Positions 1 to 8,500 of a stretch of 64,000 nucleotides of DNA are shown in pieces. Source of the DNA: an archaeon. Lineage in GTDB: Archaea > Micrarchaeota > Micrarchaeia > Norongarragalinales > UBA97. The stretch covers positions 121,660 to 185,659 of the forward strand of contig JAGVFW010000004.1 of assembly GCA_020057405.1 (NCBI GenBank), read 5' to 3'. The position numbers were made by a program, and so were the translations under genes. The stretch's first letter is position 1, and every line of letters starts with the position of its first letter. The notes beneath the pieces are model-generated. The model ran no database searches and was not told the origin of the DNA. It was given only the letters and a program-made list of their open reading frames with translations.

Positions 1-260
1 ACAGCGGCACGACGCACGCCATTGCACTGCGGAACGGCAAGCGCGTGACAGTCAACTCTTACCACGACCACGGCATTGCCGCCGACGGGCTTGGCAATTA
101 CCTAGAACCGCTTGCGTTTAGCGACGACGGCTTCATTGAGGCGTTCGGCCACAAAAGCGTACCCGCCATGGGCATCATGTGGCACCCCGAGCGCGGGCCG
201 ACTGCGTTTAACGACAGTCTAGTCAAGAGATTTTTCACTCGCCGAGGAGAACTCATTTGA
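1..260 (+). CDS. Class I glutamine amidotransferase-like / peptidase C26 family protein, 5' partial
   Basis: Frame is open from the window start; VNSYH and GIMWHPER (catalytic H-x-E) motifs. Confidence 0.75.
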   Translation, partial: SGTTHAIALRNGKRVTVNSYHDHGIAADGLGNYLEPLAFSDDGFIEAFGHKSVPAMGIMWHPERGPTAFNDSLVKRFFTRRGELI

Positions 261-1054
261 AGGCAATCATCCTTGCCGCAGGCAGGGGCACGCGCTTGGG
301 CGATTACGCAAAAGGAATGCCGAAAGCCATGCTCGATTTTGCAGGCAAGCCCCTGCTTGCAACGCAGCTGAAGGTGCTCCGCGCTGCAGGCGTCAATGAC
401 ATTACGGTCGTCACGGGTTTTGCCTCCAAAAAAATTGCCTTTGATGGCGTAAATTACGTCCATAACCCTGATTTTGCGACAACTAACATGGTGGAATCAC
501 TCATCGTTGCGCGCGATGAGCTAAAGGCCGGGGCACTCGTGTGCTATGGCGACATAATCTACGAGCCTAGGGTGCTAAAGGCAGTGATGAAGGCAAAGGC
601 CGACGCCGTAGTTGCAGTTGACTACGACTATCTCGACTATTGGAAGGCAAGGCTTGGGGACGAATGGGAAAATGACACTGAATCCCTGCGGGTCGTAAAC
701 GGCAAAATTACCGAACTAGGCGGGTCAAACCCGTCGGCCAAGGAGCGGCAATGCCGTTACGTCGGGCTCCTCAAGTTCTCTGCAAACGGGGCAAAGTTGT
801 TGCTTGAGACGTACTACGCTGAAAAGCGGCGCCATTGGGAATCCGAGAAGCCTTGGCTTAACTCTCCGTCATTCAAGCAGGCATTCATGACCGACCTGCT
901 AAACGCGTTTATCGCGCGGGGCAATGAAGTCAGGCCAGTGGAGATAGAGCGCGGGTGGATGGAGTTTGACACTGCTGATGACTATGAAAAGGCAAGCGCG
1001 TGGCTGGCTGATGGCAGCATCAAGCGCTTTTTCGACCCACGGACGCTGGCGTGA
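257..1054 (+). CDS. Phosphocholine-cytidylyltransferase-like nucleotidyltransferase
   Basis: MKAIILAAGRGTRL...PKAML, YGDI and WMEFDT motifs. Confidence 0.8.
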   Translation: MKAIILAAGRGTRLGDYAKGMPKAMLDFAGKPLLATQLKVLRAAGVNDITVVTGFASKKIAFDGVNYVHNPDFATTNMVESLIVARDELKAGALVCYGDIIYEPRVLKAVMKAKADAVVAVDYDYLDYWKARLGDEWENDTESLRVVNGKITELGGSNPSAKERQCRYVGLLKFSANGAKLLLETYYAEKRRHWESEKPWLNSPSFKQAFMTDLLNAFIARGNEVRPVEIERGWMEFDTADDYEKASAWLADGSIKRFFDPRTLA

Positions 1055-1099
1055 TAGGCTGGACGGGGTTTAAAAGGATTTTCTGGCCCAACTAAGTTT

Positions 1100-2830
1100 A
1101 TGAACATACTCGGCGTCTACCCCGTTTGGGGCCACGACACCTGCGCGGCAATAATCAAGGACGGCAGGCTAGTCGCGGCTGCGGAGGAAGAGCGCTTCAC
1201 CCGCCACAAGCACGCCCTGCCGCGGCCCCATAGCATGACGAACATGATTGACCAGTCCGTCGAGCCCTCGTTTCACTCAATAAAATTCTGCCTCGACTAC
1301 GCGGGCCTCACCATGGACGACATTGACGCAATTGCAGTGCCTTGGAACCCCGACCTCATCGTCAAGCAAAACTTTACCAGCGGCTCAAGGCTCATTCCAG
1401 AACTCGCCGCAAAGGCGCTCATGCTGCCCGCGGGACGGCTTTGGCGCTACAAGAAACTCTTCCGCAAGGGCGCGTCACTAAAGCAGGCGCTCTACTACGA
1501 CTTTTTCATGGAACCATCGCTCTCGGGATATTCGAGCCTTCCTGAAATAAGGTATTACGAGCACCACCGCGCCCACGCCGCGACCGCTTTCTACGCGTCA
1601 GGATTCGAGAACGCGGCGGTCGTGACTGCAGATGGAGCGGGAGAGTCAAACGCAACAGTCGCCTGGCACGGGAAGGGAAACACGCTAACTAAACTCCGCG
1701 AGAAAATGAAGGACCAGTCAATAGGCAATTTCTACACGCTCGCCACCGAATACCTCAACATGGGCTACGGTGCCGAAGGAAAGACAATGGGCCTCTCGCC
1801 CTACGGCAAGCCCAACGCCAAAATCAGGGAAAAACTCCTCCGCAGGCTTAACCCGGAAACGGGCGACTGGTACGAAGGCAAGCTTGAGACCCTAAACGAG
1901 GCTGAAATGGGCTTTCCAGCGCGCACCAACCAGGCGGTTACTTCGCCGCCCTATAGCGACCTTGCCTACGAGGCAGAGGAGATTCTTGAGGCGGCGATGG
2001 TGAAAGTGGCCAAGTGGACGGTGGAGGCTACGGGAGAAAGCAAGGTCTGCGTGGCAGGCGGCGTCGGGTTAAGCTGCACGACAAACTCGCGCATCATCAA
2101 CGCGGGCTTTGCAGACGACATATTCATCTTCCCGGCAGCAAACGACGGCGGCACCGCAATTGGGGCGGCCCTTGAATGCGCCGCCGAAATGGGGGAGAAA
2201 GTCAAGTTCAAATTCGAGCACGCTTACTGGGGCCCCGAGTACTCTGACGCGCAAATTGAAGTTGCGCTAAAGCAGAGCAACGCGAGGTTTGAAGAAACAA
2301 CTGACCCCGGCGGGGCAGCTGCAGACCTGATTGCAAAAGGAAAAGTAATCGGCTGGTTCCAAGGCAGGATGGAAATCGGCCCCCGCGCGCTTGGGAACCG
2401 AAGCATCCTGGCAGACCCGACGCGCACAGACGCGTGGGAAAAAGTGAATGAAATCAAGCTGCGGGAAAGGTGGAGGCCGCTCGCTCCAAGCATGCTTTAC
2501 GAGGCCAAAGACGAGTACCTGGAAAACGCGCGCGACTCACCCTTCATGATACTCGCATTCCAAGTACCGAAAGAAAAACACAAGGAAATCCCGGCGGTCG
2601 TACACGTCGACGGCAGCACCCGACCGCAAACCGTCAAGAAGACGACCAACGAAAAATACTGGAACCTAATCAAAAAACTCGAGCAAAACAACGGCACGCC
2701 AGTCACACTGAACACCAGCTTCAATGTCGGGCCGGAACCAATCGTCTGCACGCCAAAAGACGCGCTGCGAACGTTCTTCACATCCCAGCTTGACGCAATC
2801 GTAATCGGGAACTACGTGCTAGAAAAGTGA
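1100..2830 (+). CDS. Carbamoyltransferase (NodU/CmcH family)
   Basis: HD, EEERFTRHKH, EHHRAH, EGKTMGL, GPRALGNRSILA and NTSFN motifs. Confidence 0.92.
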   Translation: MNILGVYPVWGHDTCAAIIKDGRLVAAAEEERFTRHKHALPRPHSMTNMIDQSVEPSFHSIKFCLDYAGLTMDDIDAIAVPWNPDLIVKQNFTSGSRLIPELAAKALMLPAGRLWRYKKLFRKGASLKQALYYDFFMEPSLSGYSSLPEIRYYEHHRAHAATAFYASGFENAAVVTADGAGESNATVAWHGKGNTLTKLREKMKDQSIGNFYTLATEYLNMGYGAEGKTMGLSPYGKPNAKIREKLLRRLNPETGDWYEGKLETLNEAEMGFPARTNQAVTSPPYSDLAYEAEEILEAAMVKVAKWTVEATGESKVCVAGGVGLSCTTNSRIINAGFADDIFIFPAANDGGTAIGAALECAAEMGEKVKFKFEHAYWGPEYSDAQIEVALKQSNARFEETTDPGGAAADLIAKGKVIGWFQGRMEIGPRALGNRSILADPTRTDAWEKVNEIKLRERWRPLAPSMLYEAKDEYLENARDSPFMILAFQVPKEKHKEIPAVVHVDGSTRPQTVKKTTNEKYWNLIKKLEQNNGTPVTLNTSFNVGPEPIVCTPKDALRTFFTSQLDAIVIGNYVLEK

Positions 2831-2837
2831 TTTGAAA

Positions 2838-4511
2838 ATGGCTAACGTACTCGGCATTTGCGTTGCTTCGGAAGTCCAGGAACGGCATGATACTGGCGCC
2901 GCTCTAGTCAAGGACGGCAAGCTCATTGCGGCGGTTGAGGAAGAGCGCTTCACGCGCAAGAAGCACGAAACGGCCCCGCCCGTGCTCTCGGTAAAGTACT
3001 GCCTTGCGGCGGGTGGCCTGACGATGGATGACATCGACGGCATTGCAATCATGTGGCGCGACGTGCAGGCGCCTTATGCGGATGTGCTAAACGCAGTTCT
3101 GCGCTACAACAAGGCCAAAAACGTGCTTTTGCGCAAGCTCGGCACTGACTTGAAGAAACTTGCTGGCGGCTACCGCGACCCGCAGCTTGACTTCCTGCGC
3201 GAATACAGCCGCTCGCCTCCAGTCACTTACTACGAACACCACTTGACGCACGCCGCGACTGCTTTCTACCCGTCGGGCTTCAAAGACGCGGCGATAGTGA
3301 CTGTCGACGGCACAGGCGAGTGGAACTCGACAGTCGCTTGGAAGGGCGGCGCCGACGGCATCACAAAACTAAAGGAAAAGCCCAACTCGCAGTCGCTCGG
3401 ATTCTTTTACTCGGCAGTGACAAAGCACATCCGCATGGGAAGCCAGGCCGAAGGAAAGACCATGGGCCTGGCGCCGTACGGCAAGCACGACCCCGACATC
3501 TACTCGCGGCTTACCAACTTTATCAACCCGAACAAGGGCGAATGGTACGAGGGCGCGACGACACGCGACATCAACCAGGCCGACCTCGGCTTTCCCCAAC
3601 GGCTTGATTCTGAAAAAGCCACTAGCGAAAAGTACGCCAACCTCGCCTACAACGCGCAGGAAATCCTAGAAGAGGCGCTCCTAAAAGTTTCCAAGTGGAC
3701 GGTTGACGAAACCGGTTGCAAAAACATCTGCCTCTCTGGCGGAGTTGCGCTAAACTGCACGACGAACTCGCGCATCATCAACGCGGGCTTTGCGGATGAC
3801 ATTTTCATCTTCCCGGCAGCAAACGACGGCGGCACCGCAATTGGGGCGGCGCTCCAGCTTGCTGAAGAACTTGGAGACAAGACGGCATTCCGGATGGAAA
3901 GCCCATACTGGGGCCCCGAATTCACCGACGAGCAAATTGAGGAAGCACTCAAGGAAAGCGGCGCGACCTTTGAAGAGACTGGCGACCCAAGTGGTTCTGC
4001 GGCGGACCTTATTGCAAAAGGCAAAATCATTTGCTGGTTCCAAGGCAGGATGGAAATCGGCCCCCGCGCGCTTGGGAACCGCAGCATCCTGGCAGACCCG
4101 ACGCGCACAGACGTGTGGGAGCGCGTAAACGAGGTGAAGCTGCGCGAACAATGGCGGCCGCTCGCTCCAAGCATGCTCTACGAGGCCAAAGACGAGTACC
4201 TAGAAAACGCGCGCGACTCACCCTTCATGATACTCGCATTCCAAGTGCCAAAAAACAAGCACAAGGAAATCCCGGCGGTCGTACACGTCGACGGCAGCAC
4301 CCGACCGCAAACCGTCAAGAAGACGACCAACGAAAAATACTGGAATCTCATCAAGAAACTCGAGCAAAACAACGGCACGCCGGTAACGATGAACACGAGC
4401 TTCAATGTCGGGCCGGAACCAATCGTCTGCACGCCAAAAGACGCCATCCGGACGTTTAGGAACTCCAAGCTCGATGCCCTCGTCATCGGAAGCTATGTGC
4501 TGCAAAAGTAA
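2838..4511 (+). CDS. Carbamoyltransferase (NodU/CmcH family), tandem paralog
   Basis: Same motifs as the upstream gene; C-terminal DNA nearly identical to it. Confidence 0.92.
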   Translation: MANVLGICVASEVQERHDTGAALVKDGKLIAAVEEERFTRKKHETAPPVLSVKYCLAAGGLTMDDIDGIAIMWRDVQAPYADVLNAVLRYNKAKNVLLRKLGTDLKKLAGGYRDPQLDFLREYSRSPPVTYYEHHLTHAATAFYPSGFKDAAIVTVDGTGEWNSTVAWKGGADGITKLKEKPNSQSLGFFYSAVTKHIRMGSQAEGKTMGLAPYGKHDPDIYSRLTNFINPNKGEWYEGATTRDINQADLGFPQRLDSEKATSEKYANLAYNAQEILEEALLKVSKWTVDETGCKNICLSGGVALNCTTNSRIINAGFADDIFIFPAANDGGTAIGAALQLAEELGDKTAFRMESPYWGPEFTDEQIEEALKESGATFEETGDPSGSAADLIAKGKIICWFQGRMEIGPRALGNRSILADPTRTDVWERVNEVKLREQWRPLAPSMLYEAKDEYLENARDSPFMILAFQVPKNKHKEIPAVVHVDGSTRPQTVKKTTNEKYWNLIKKLEQNNGTPVTMNTSFNVGPEPIVCTPKDAIRTFRNSKLDALVIGSYVLQK

Positions 4512-4536
4512 GCTGCGCGTGACCGTTTCGCTTAAC

Positions 4537-5400
4537 TTAACCTGAAAGACCGAGCGATAGCACAATTGCCAAAGGCACTAAGGCAAGAATGCCAACGGCG
4601 GCAGAAAAGTAGTGTGCGGGAATTCTCTCGGCGGCCCGGGTGATGACGTCCATGGTTCCAAGCGACACTGCGGCAGAAATTATGATGCCTAGCGCCGCGG
4701 CCTCGATTGAAATGCCCGAGAAGCCCTCGACAACGGCAAACGCTGCAAAGGCGGCAAGAATCATCGGCGCGGCCATCAAAAAGCTGAGGCGAACGGCTTC
4801 GTCGGGCTTGAAACCCTGGGAAAGCAGGGCCGCCTGCGTGATGCCGCTGCGGCTGATGCCCGGAAGCACGGCCAAGCCCTGGGCGAGGCCCGTAATGATT
4901 GAGGACTTTAGCGTGAGTCCTTCAGTCCGCTCAAGCGTTTCGGCCTCCGCTGGCGACGGGCCCTCGCGCGAGGCCCACATTATCACGGACATGGTAATCA
5001 AGAGAAGGCCGGCGGCTGCCAGGAGCCACTCGCCCTGAAGGCCGGCTAAGAAGTTCTTTGAAAGAAAGTAAAGCGGGAGGGCCAGGACTGCGGTTGCGGC
5101 AATTGAGACGAAAAGAAACGAGTGCTCCTTGTCGGGATAGTCGCGTGAGGAAAAATCAAGCAGGGAATAAGGGTTTGCGGCTGCCGACTTGACGGCGTTA
5201 AGGTACTCGTCGCGGTAGCGGTAGACTGCAGCGGCAAAGTCCCCCAAGTGCAGCATTAGGGCAAAGGCAAGCGCGTCCTTAAACGAAATGCCGAAAAGCC
5301 AGTTGCCTGCGAGGATGACTTGCGTCTTGCTGCTTACGGGAATCCACGCGGTAATGCCCTGCACGACGGCCAAAACCGCCGCCTGGATTAAATCCACCAT
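4537..5400 (-). CDS. uppP: Undecaprenyl-diphosphate phosphatase (BacA/UppP family)
   Basis: VQGITAWIPVSS and PGISRSG motifs; multi-TM. Confidence 0.8.
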   Translation of the reverse strand: MVDLIQAAVLAVVQGITAWIPVSSKTQVILAGNWLFGISFKDALAFALMLHLGDFAAAVYRYRDEYLNAVKSAAANPYSLLDFSSRDYPDKEHSFLFVSIAATAVLALPLYFLSKNFLAGLQGEWLLAAAGLLLITMSVIMWASREGPSPAEAETLERTEGLTLKSSIITGLAQGLAVLPGISRSGITQAALLSQGFKPDEAVRLSFLMAAPMILAAFAAFAVVEGFSGISIEAAALGIIISAAVSLGTMDVITRAAERIPAHYFSAAVGILALVPLAIVLSLGLSG

Positions 5401-5450
5401 AAGTCGGGTTAACAGCTACTGAATAAAAACAGTGACGGAATTACCCTTGC

Positions 5451-6506
5451 ATGGCGAAAATCGCGTTCTTCGACCTCGAGCCATGGGAAGAGGCGCACTT
5501 GAGAAAAAGGCTGGCCAAGCACACGCTTCACTTCATTGAAGGAACGCCAGCTAACGCTGCCCTTGCTGGGGCGGCAAACGACGAGATAATTGCCGCATTC
5601 GGCCACTACCCGCTTGACGGAGCTGCGCTTAAGCGCTTTGCCAAGCTCAAGCTCGTTGCGACGATGTCAACGGGATTCGACCACATCGACTTTCGCGAAT
5701 GCAGCCGCAGGAAGATTATAGTGTGCAGCGTGCCGGCCTATGGCGACAACACCGTTGCCGAACACACTTTCGCGCTTTTGCTCGCAATATCCCGAAACCT
5801 GCTCCCGTCAATCGAGCGCGCCAAAAGCGGCCGATTCACTCCCCACGGGCTGACCGGATTCGACTTGAAGGGAAAGACAATCGGCATCATCGGCACGGGC
5901 AGGATTGGCGCTTGGGCCGCGCACATCGCCCACGGGTTCGGCATGAACGTAATAGCATTTGACAAGCGAAAGAACCCGGACTTGGAAAAAGAGCTTGCAG
6001 TGCGTTACCAACGCTCTCTTTCCGCACTGCTTGCAAAGTCGGACATCATAGCCATTTTTGCGCCACTCACCCCCCAAACGCACCACATGATTGGGGAAAA
6101 GCAGTTTAGGCAAATGAAGAAAGGCGTTGTTTTGCTTAACACAAGCCGCGGGGGCCTGGTTGACACCGACGCGCTAGTAAAGGCCATCGGCAACGGCACG
6201 GTTGCCCACGCTGGCCTCGACGTGCTTGAAGAGGAGGCTTTCATCCGCGAGGAACGCGAGCTTCTCGCAAAGCACCTGCAAAAACGATTTGACCTGAGAA
6301 CTGCCCTGGAAAACCACGAGCTGCTCAACCACCCTGCGGTGCTTGTCACGCCACACAACGCGTTTAACTCAAAGGAAGCGCTGCAGCGGATTCTTGATAC
6401 AACAGCAGAAAACATCACGGCGTTTCTAGCTGGCCGGCCCGTAAACTTAGTCTCATTAAAAGCACCGGCGGCGACAAAATCGCGCAGAAAACGCTTAGGG
6501 GCTTAG
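5451..6506 (+). CDS. D-2-hydroxyacid (D-lactate-like) dehydrogenase
   Basis: GTGRIG, NTSRG, GLDVLEEE and TPHNAF motifs. Confidence 0.88.
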   Translation: MAKIAFFDLEPWEEAHLRKRLAKHTLHFIEGTPANAALAGAANDEIIAAFGHYPLDGAALKRFAKLKLVATMSTGFDHIDFRECSRRKIIVCSVPAYGDNTVAEHTFALLLAISRNLLPSIERAKSGRFTPHGLTGFDLKGKTIGIIGTGRIGAWAAHIAHGFGMNVIAFDKRKNPDLEKELAVRYQRSLSALLAKSDIIAIFAPLTPQTHHMIGEKQFRQMKKGVVLLNTSRGGLVDTDALVKAIGNGTVAHAGLDVLEEEAFIREERELLAKHLQKRFDLRTALENHELLNHPAVLVTPHNAFNSKEALQRILDTTAENITAFLAGRPVNLVSLKAPAATKSRRKRLGA

Positions 6507-7141
6507 AGGACGCCGGCGGCAACGCCGCTCTTTATGACCGCAGCCTTCACACGGACGGCAACCTGCTCCCTTGACCCGCGGCCGTTGATTACGACAATGC
6601 GGTCTTTTGGAAACTGCTTCGGCAGGCGCAGGTAAAGGCTGCGCAGCCGCGCCATGAACTCAAGCCGCTCGAACTTCTCGTTTCCTTTCACATTGCGCTT
6701 TGAAAGGCGGCCGAAAGCCTCTTTTGCGGGCAAGTCGATGAGGAGCACTAAATCCGGCCGCGCTACCCCCGCGTGCATCTGCACAATGCGCTTTAGCGCA
6801 ATGCCTTGGGTCTGCTGGAAGGCGTAAGAAGAATGCATGAACCTGTCGCACAGCACAAGCTTGCCTGCCTTTAGCGCGGGAACAATTTCTTTAGCGCAGT
6901 GCTCTTTCCTGTCGGCAACATAGAGTTTTAGGAACCGTTCGGCGCCCGCGTAAGGGTCTTTTTCCGAATGAAGGAACCTTCGCAGGCGCCTGCCGTAGGT
7001 TCCCCAAGTGGGCTCGCGCGTGCAAACGATGCTAGTGAATTTCTTGCTTGTTGAAAAGAGCCACTGGGCGAGACGGAAGACCTGTTCGGTCTTGCCGCTC
7101 CCGTCGATGCCCTCAAATGCGATGAAAAATCCTTTAGCCAT
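6503..7141 (-). CDS. tmk: Thymidylate kinase
   Basis: FEGIDGSGKT P-loop, REP, DRF; start re-assigned to MAKGFF. Confidence 0.9.
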   Translation of the reverse strand: MAKGFFIAFEGIDGSGKTEQVFRLAQWLFSTSKKFTSIVCTREPTWGTYGRRLRRFLHSEKDPYAGAERFLKLYVADRKEHCAKEIVPALKAGKLVLCDRFMHSSYAFQQTQGIALKRIVQMHAGVARPDLVLLIDLPAKEAFGRLSKRNVKGNEKFERLEFMARLRSLYLRLPKQFPKDRIVVINGRGSREQVAVRVKAAVIKSGVAAGVL

Positions 7142-7142
7142 G

Positions 7143-7721
7143 CTAAACCACTCCGAGGACTGGGGCGTAGAACGCAATGCCAAGCGCGGCTGCCGGAATC
7201 AAGAGGTTGTCGTCAATCCCGACGTCAATGCTCTCAATAGCGGCGAGGGCAACTGCGTAAAAGAAAGCCGAATAGAGGCCGATTAATGGGAAAGCAGCTG
7301 CGGTGCCAAAGGCCACAAAAGATAGCGTGCCGGCCCAGGTCTTGCTGGGATGCCACTCGAGCTTGCTCCCGCCCAAGTGGATGCCTGCAATGGTCGCCAC
7401 CCCGTCGGCCACCGCCAGAATGGCGAGAATCGCAAGGGCGAGCTTAAACGACTGCGCAAACGACACGAGGAGAAGCGCGCCCGTAAAGTAAAAGAGGGCG
7501 CCCTTTCCAGGCAAGCCAGAGTCGCGCCGCTCGAAATTGGCTAAAACCCAGTCAACTGCAGCGACGCTTGTGCCAACGAGCTTTAGTTGGATGAGAAGCA
7601 AGCCAATTACCACAGCTGCAATCAAAAGCTCGACTAGCGCGGTCTTGCCAAACACGGCGCCGAAGGCTACAAAGCCAAGGCCGAAGAAAATGTGGATTAA
7701 CTGCCTGCCAAGCTCGTTCAA
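7143..7721 (-). CDS. Dolichol/phytol kinase family membrane protein
   Basis: RQLIH, ADGVA...G, KTWAG and DDN motifs. Confidence 0.75.
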   Translation of the reverse strand: MNELGRQLIHIFFGLGFVAFGAVFGKTALVELLIAAVVIGLLLIQLKLVGTSVAAVDWVLANFERRDSGLPGKGALFYFTGALLLVSFAQSFKLALAILAILAVADGVATIAGIHLGGSKLEWHPSKTWAGTLSFVAFGTAAAFPLIGLYSAFFYAVALAAIESIDVGIDDNLLIPAAALGIAFYAPVLGVV

Positions 7722-8284
7722 CGCTTTCTCCTCCTGGCGCGTCCGGCCTTTCGCCTGACTGGCGCTGCTGGTTTTCGCCTGTAGCTCGCAGTAAGAATGG
7801 CGGCGGCGGGGTCTACACCCTCCTTTCGAACATCGGAATCTTCCTTGCGGTCAAGGACTTCAACCAGCCATGCGGAAAACGCGTAAAGCGCAATTCCAAG
7901 CGCAATGCCGCCGGCCACCTGCGATGGCGAGTGCACGTTTAGGTAAACGCGGGAGCCGCTTGCTGCTATTGCAAAGGCGGCAAAGGGCCAGAACCAAACG
8001 CTGCCAAGCGCGGCCATCATGAAAACGGTTGAGGAAACAGCGTGGAAGGACGGCAGGCCGTAGTCGGGCGGGCAATCGCCTTGGAAGGACTCGCTAAAGC
8101 ACGGCCGGTCTTCGTGGAACGCCTCCTTTAGCACTGGGACTACAAGCACGACTAGCAAAAGCGCTAGGAGAAGCACTTTTCGCCTGCGGAGCAGAAGCGC
8201 ACCCGCAACTAATGCAGCAGGCAAAAGCAGCGCGTAGTACTTGTCAAACACTAGCGACAGGGCCAGCAGAACTTCTTCGAGCAT
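7718..8284 (-). CDS. PAP2-family phosphatase
   Basis: K...RP, PSFH and SRVYLNVH motifs; true start 8284 because the longer ORF overlaps tRNA-Met. Confidence 0.82.
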   Translation of the reverse strand: MLEEVLLALSLVFDKYYALLLPAALVAGALLLRRRKVLLLALLLVVLVVPVLKEAFHEDRPCFSESFQGDCPPDYGLPSFHAVSSTVFMMAALGSVWFWPFAAFAIAASGSRVYLNVHSPSQVAGGIALGIALYAFSAWLVEVLDRKEDSDVRKEGVDPAAAILTASYRRKPAAPVRRKAGRARRRKR

Positions 8285-8341
8285 AACAAGTGGTAGCCAA
8301 ACAACTCTTTTATTACTTTTCAACCGCCCAATTCCTATTGT

Positions 8342-8492
8342 GCCGGGGTGGCTCAGCCTGGAGGCTGGCCTGAAAGCCGGGTAATAGAGCACCAGACTCA
8401 TAAGAGCCCACTGCAATCGCTGCAGTGGTCTACAAAACTCAAACGTGCTCTGCGCCATCTGGGTGTCGCGGGTTCAAATCCCGCTCCCGGCA
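8342..8492 (+). tRNA. tRNA-Met(CAT) with two introns (D-loop 8362-8384; canonical 37/38 8403-8456)
   Basis: Removing both inserts gives a 74-nt cloverleaf; BHB-type junctions. Confidence 0.9.
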
Positions 8493-8500
8493 CTTTACAA

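Noticed and set aside
8285-8458. 5' extension of the PAP2 ORF
   Set aside because: It is antisense to tRNA-Met and its promoter; the true start is likely 8284.
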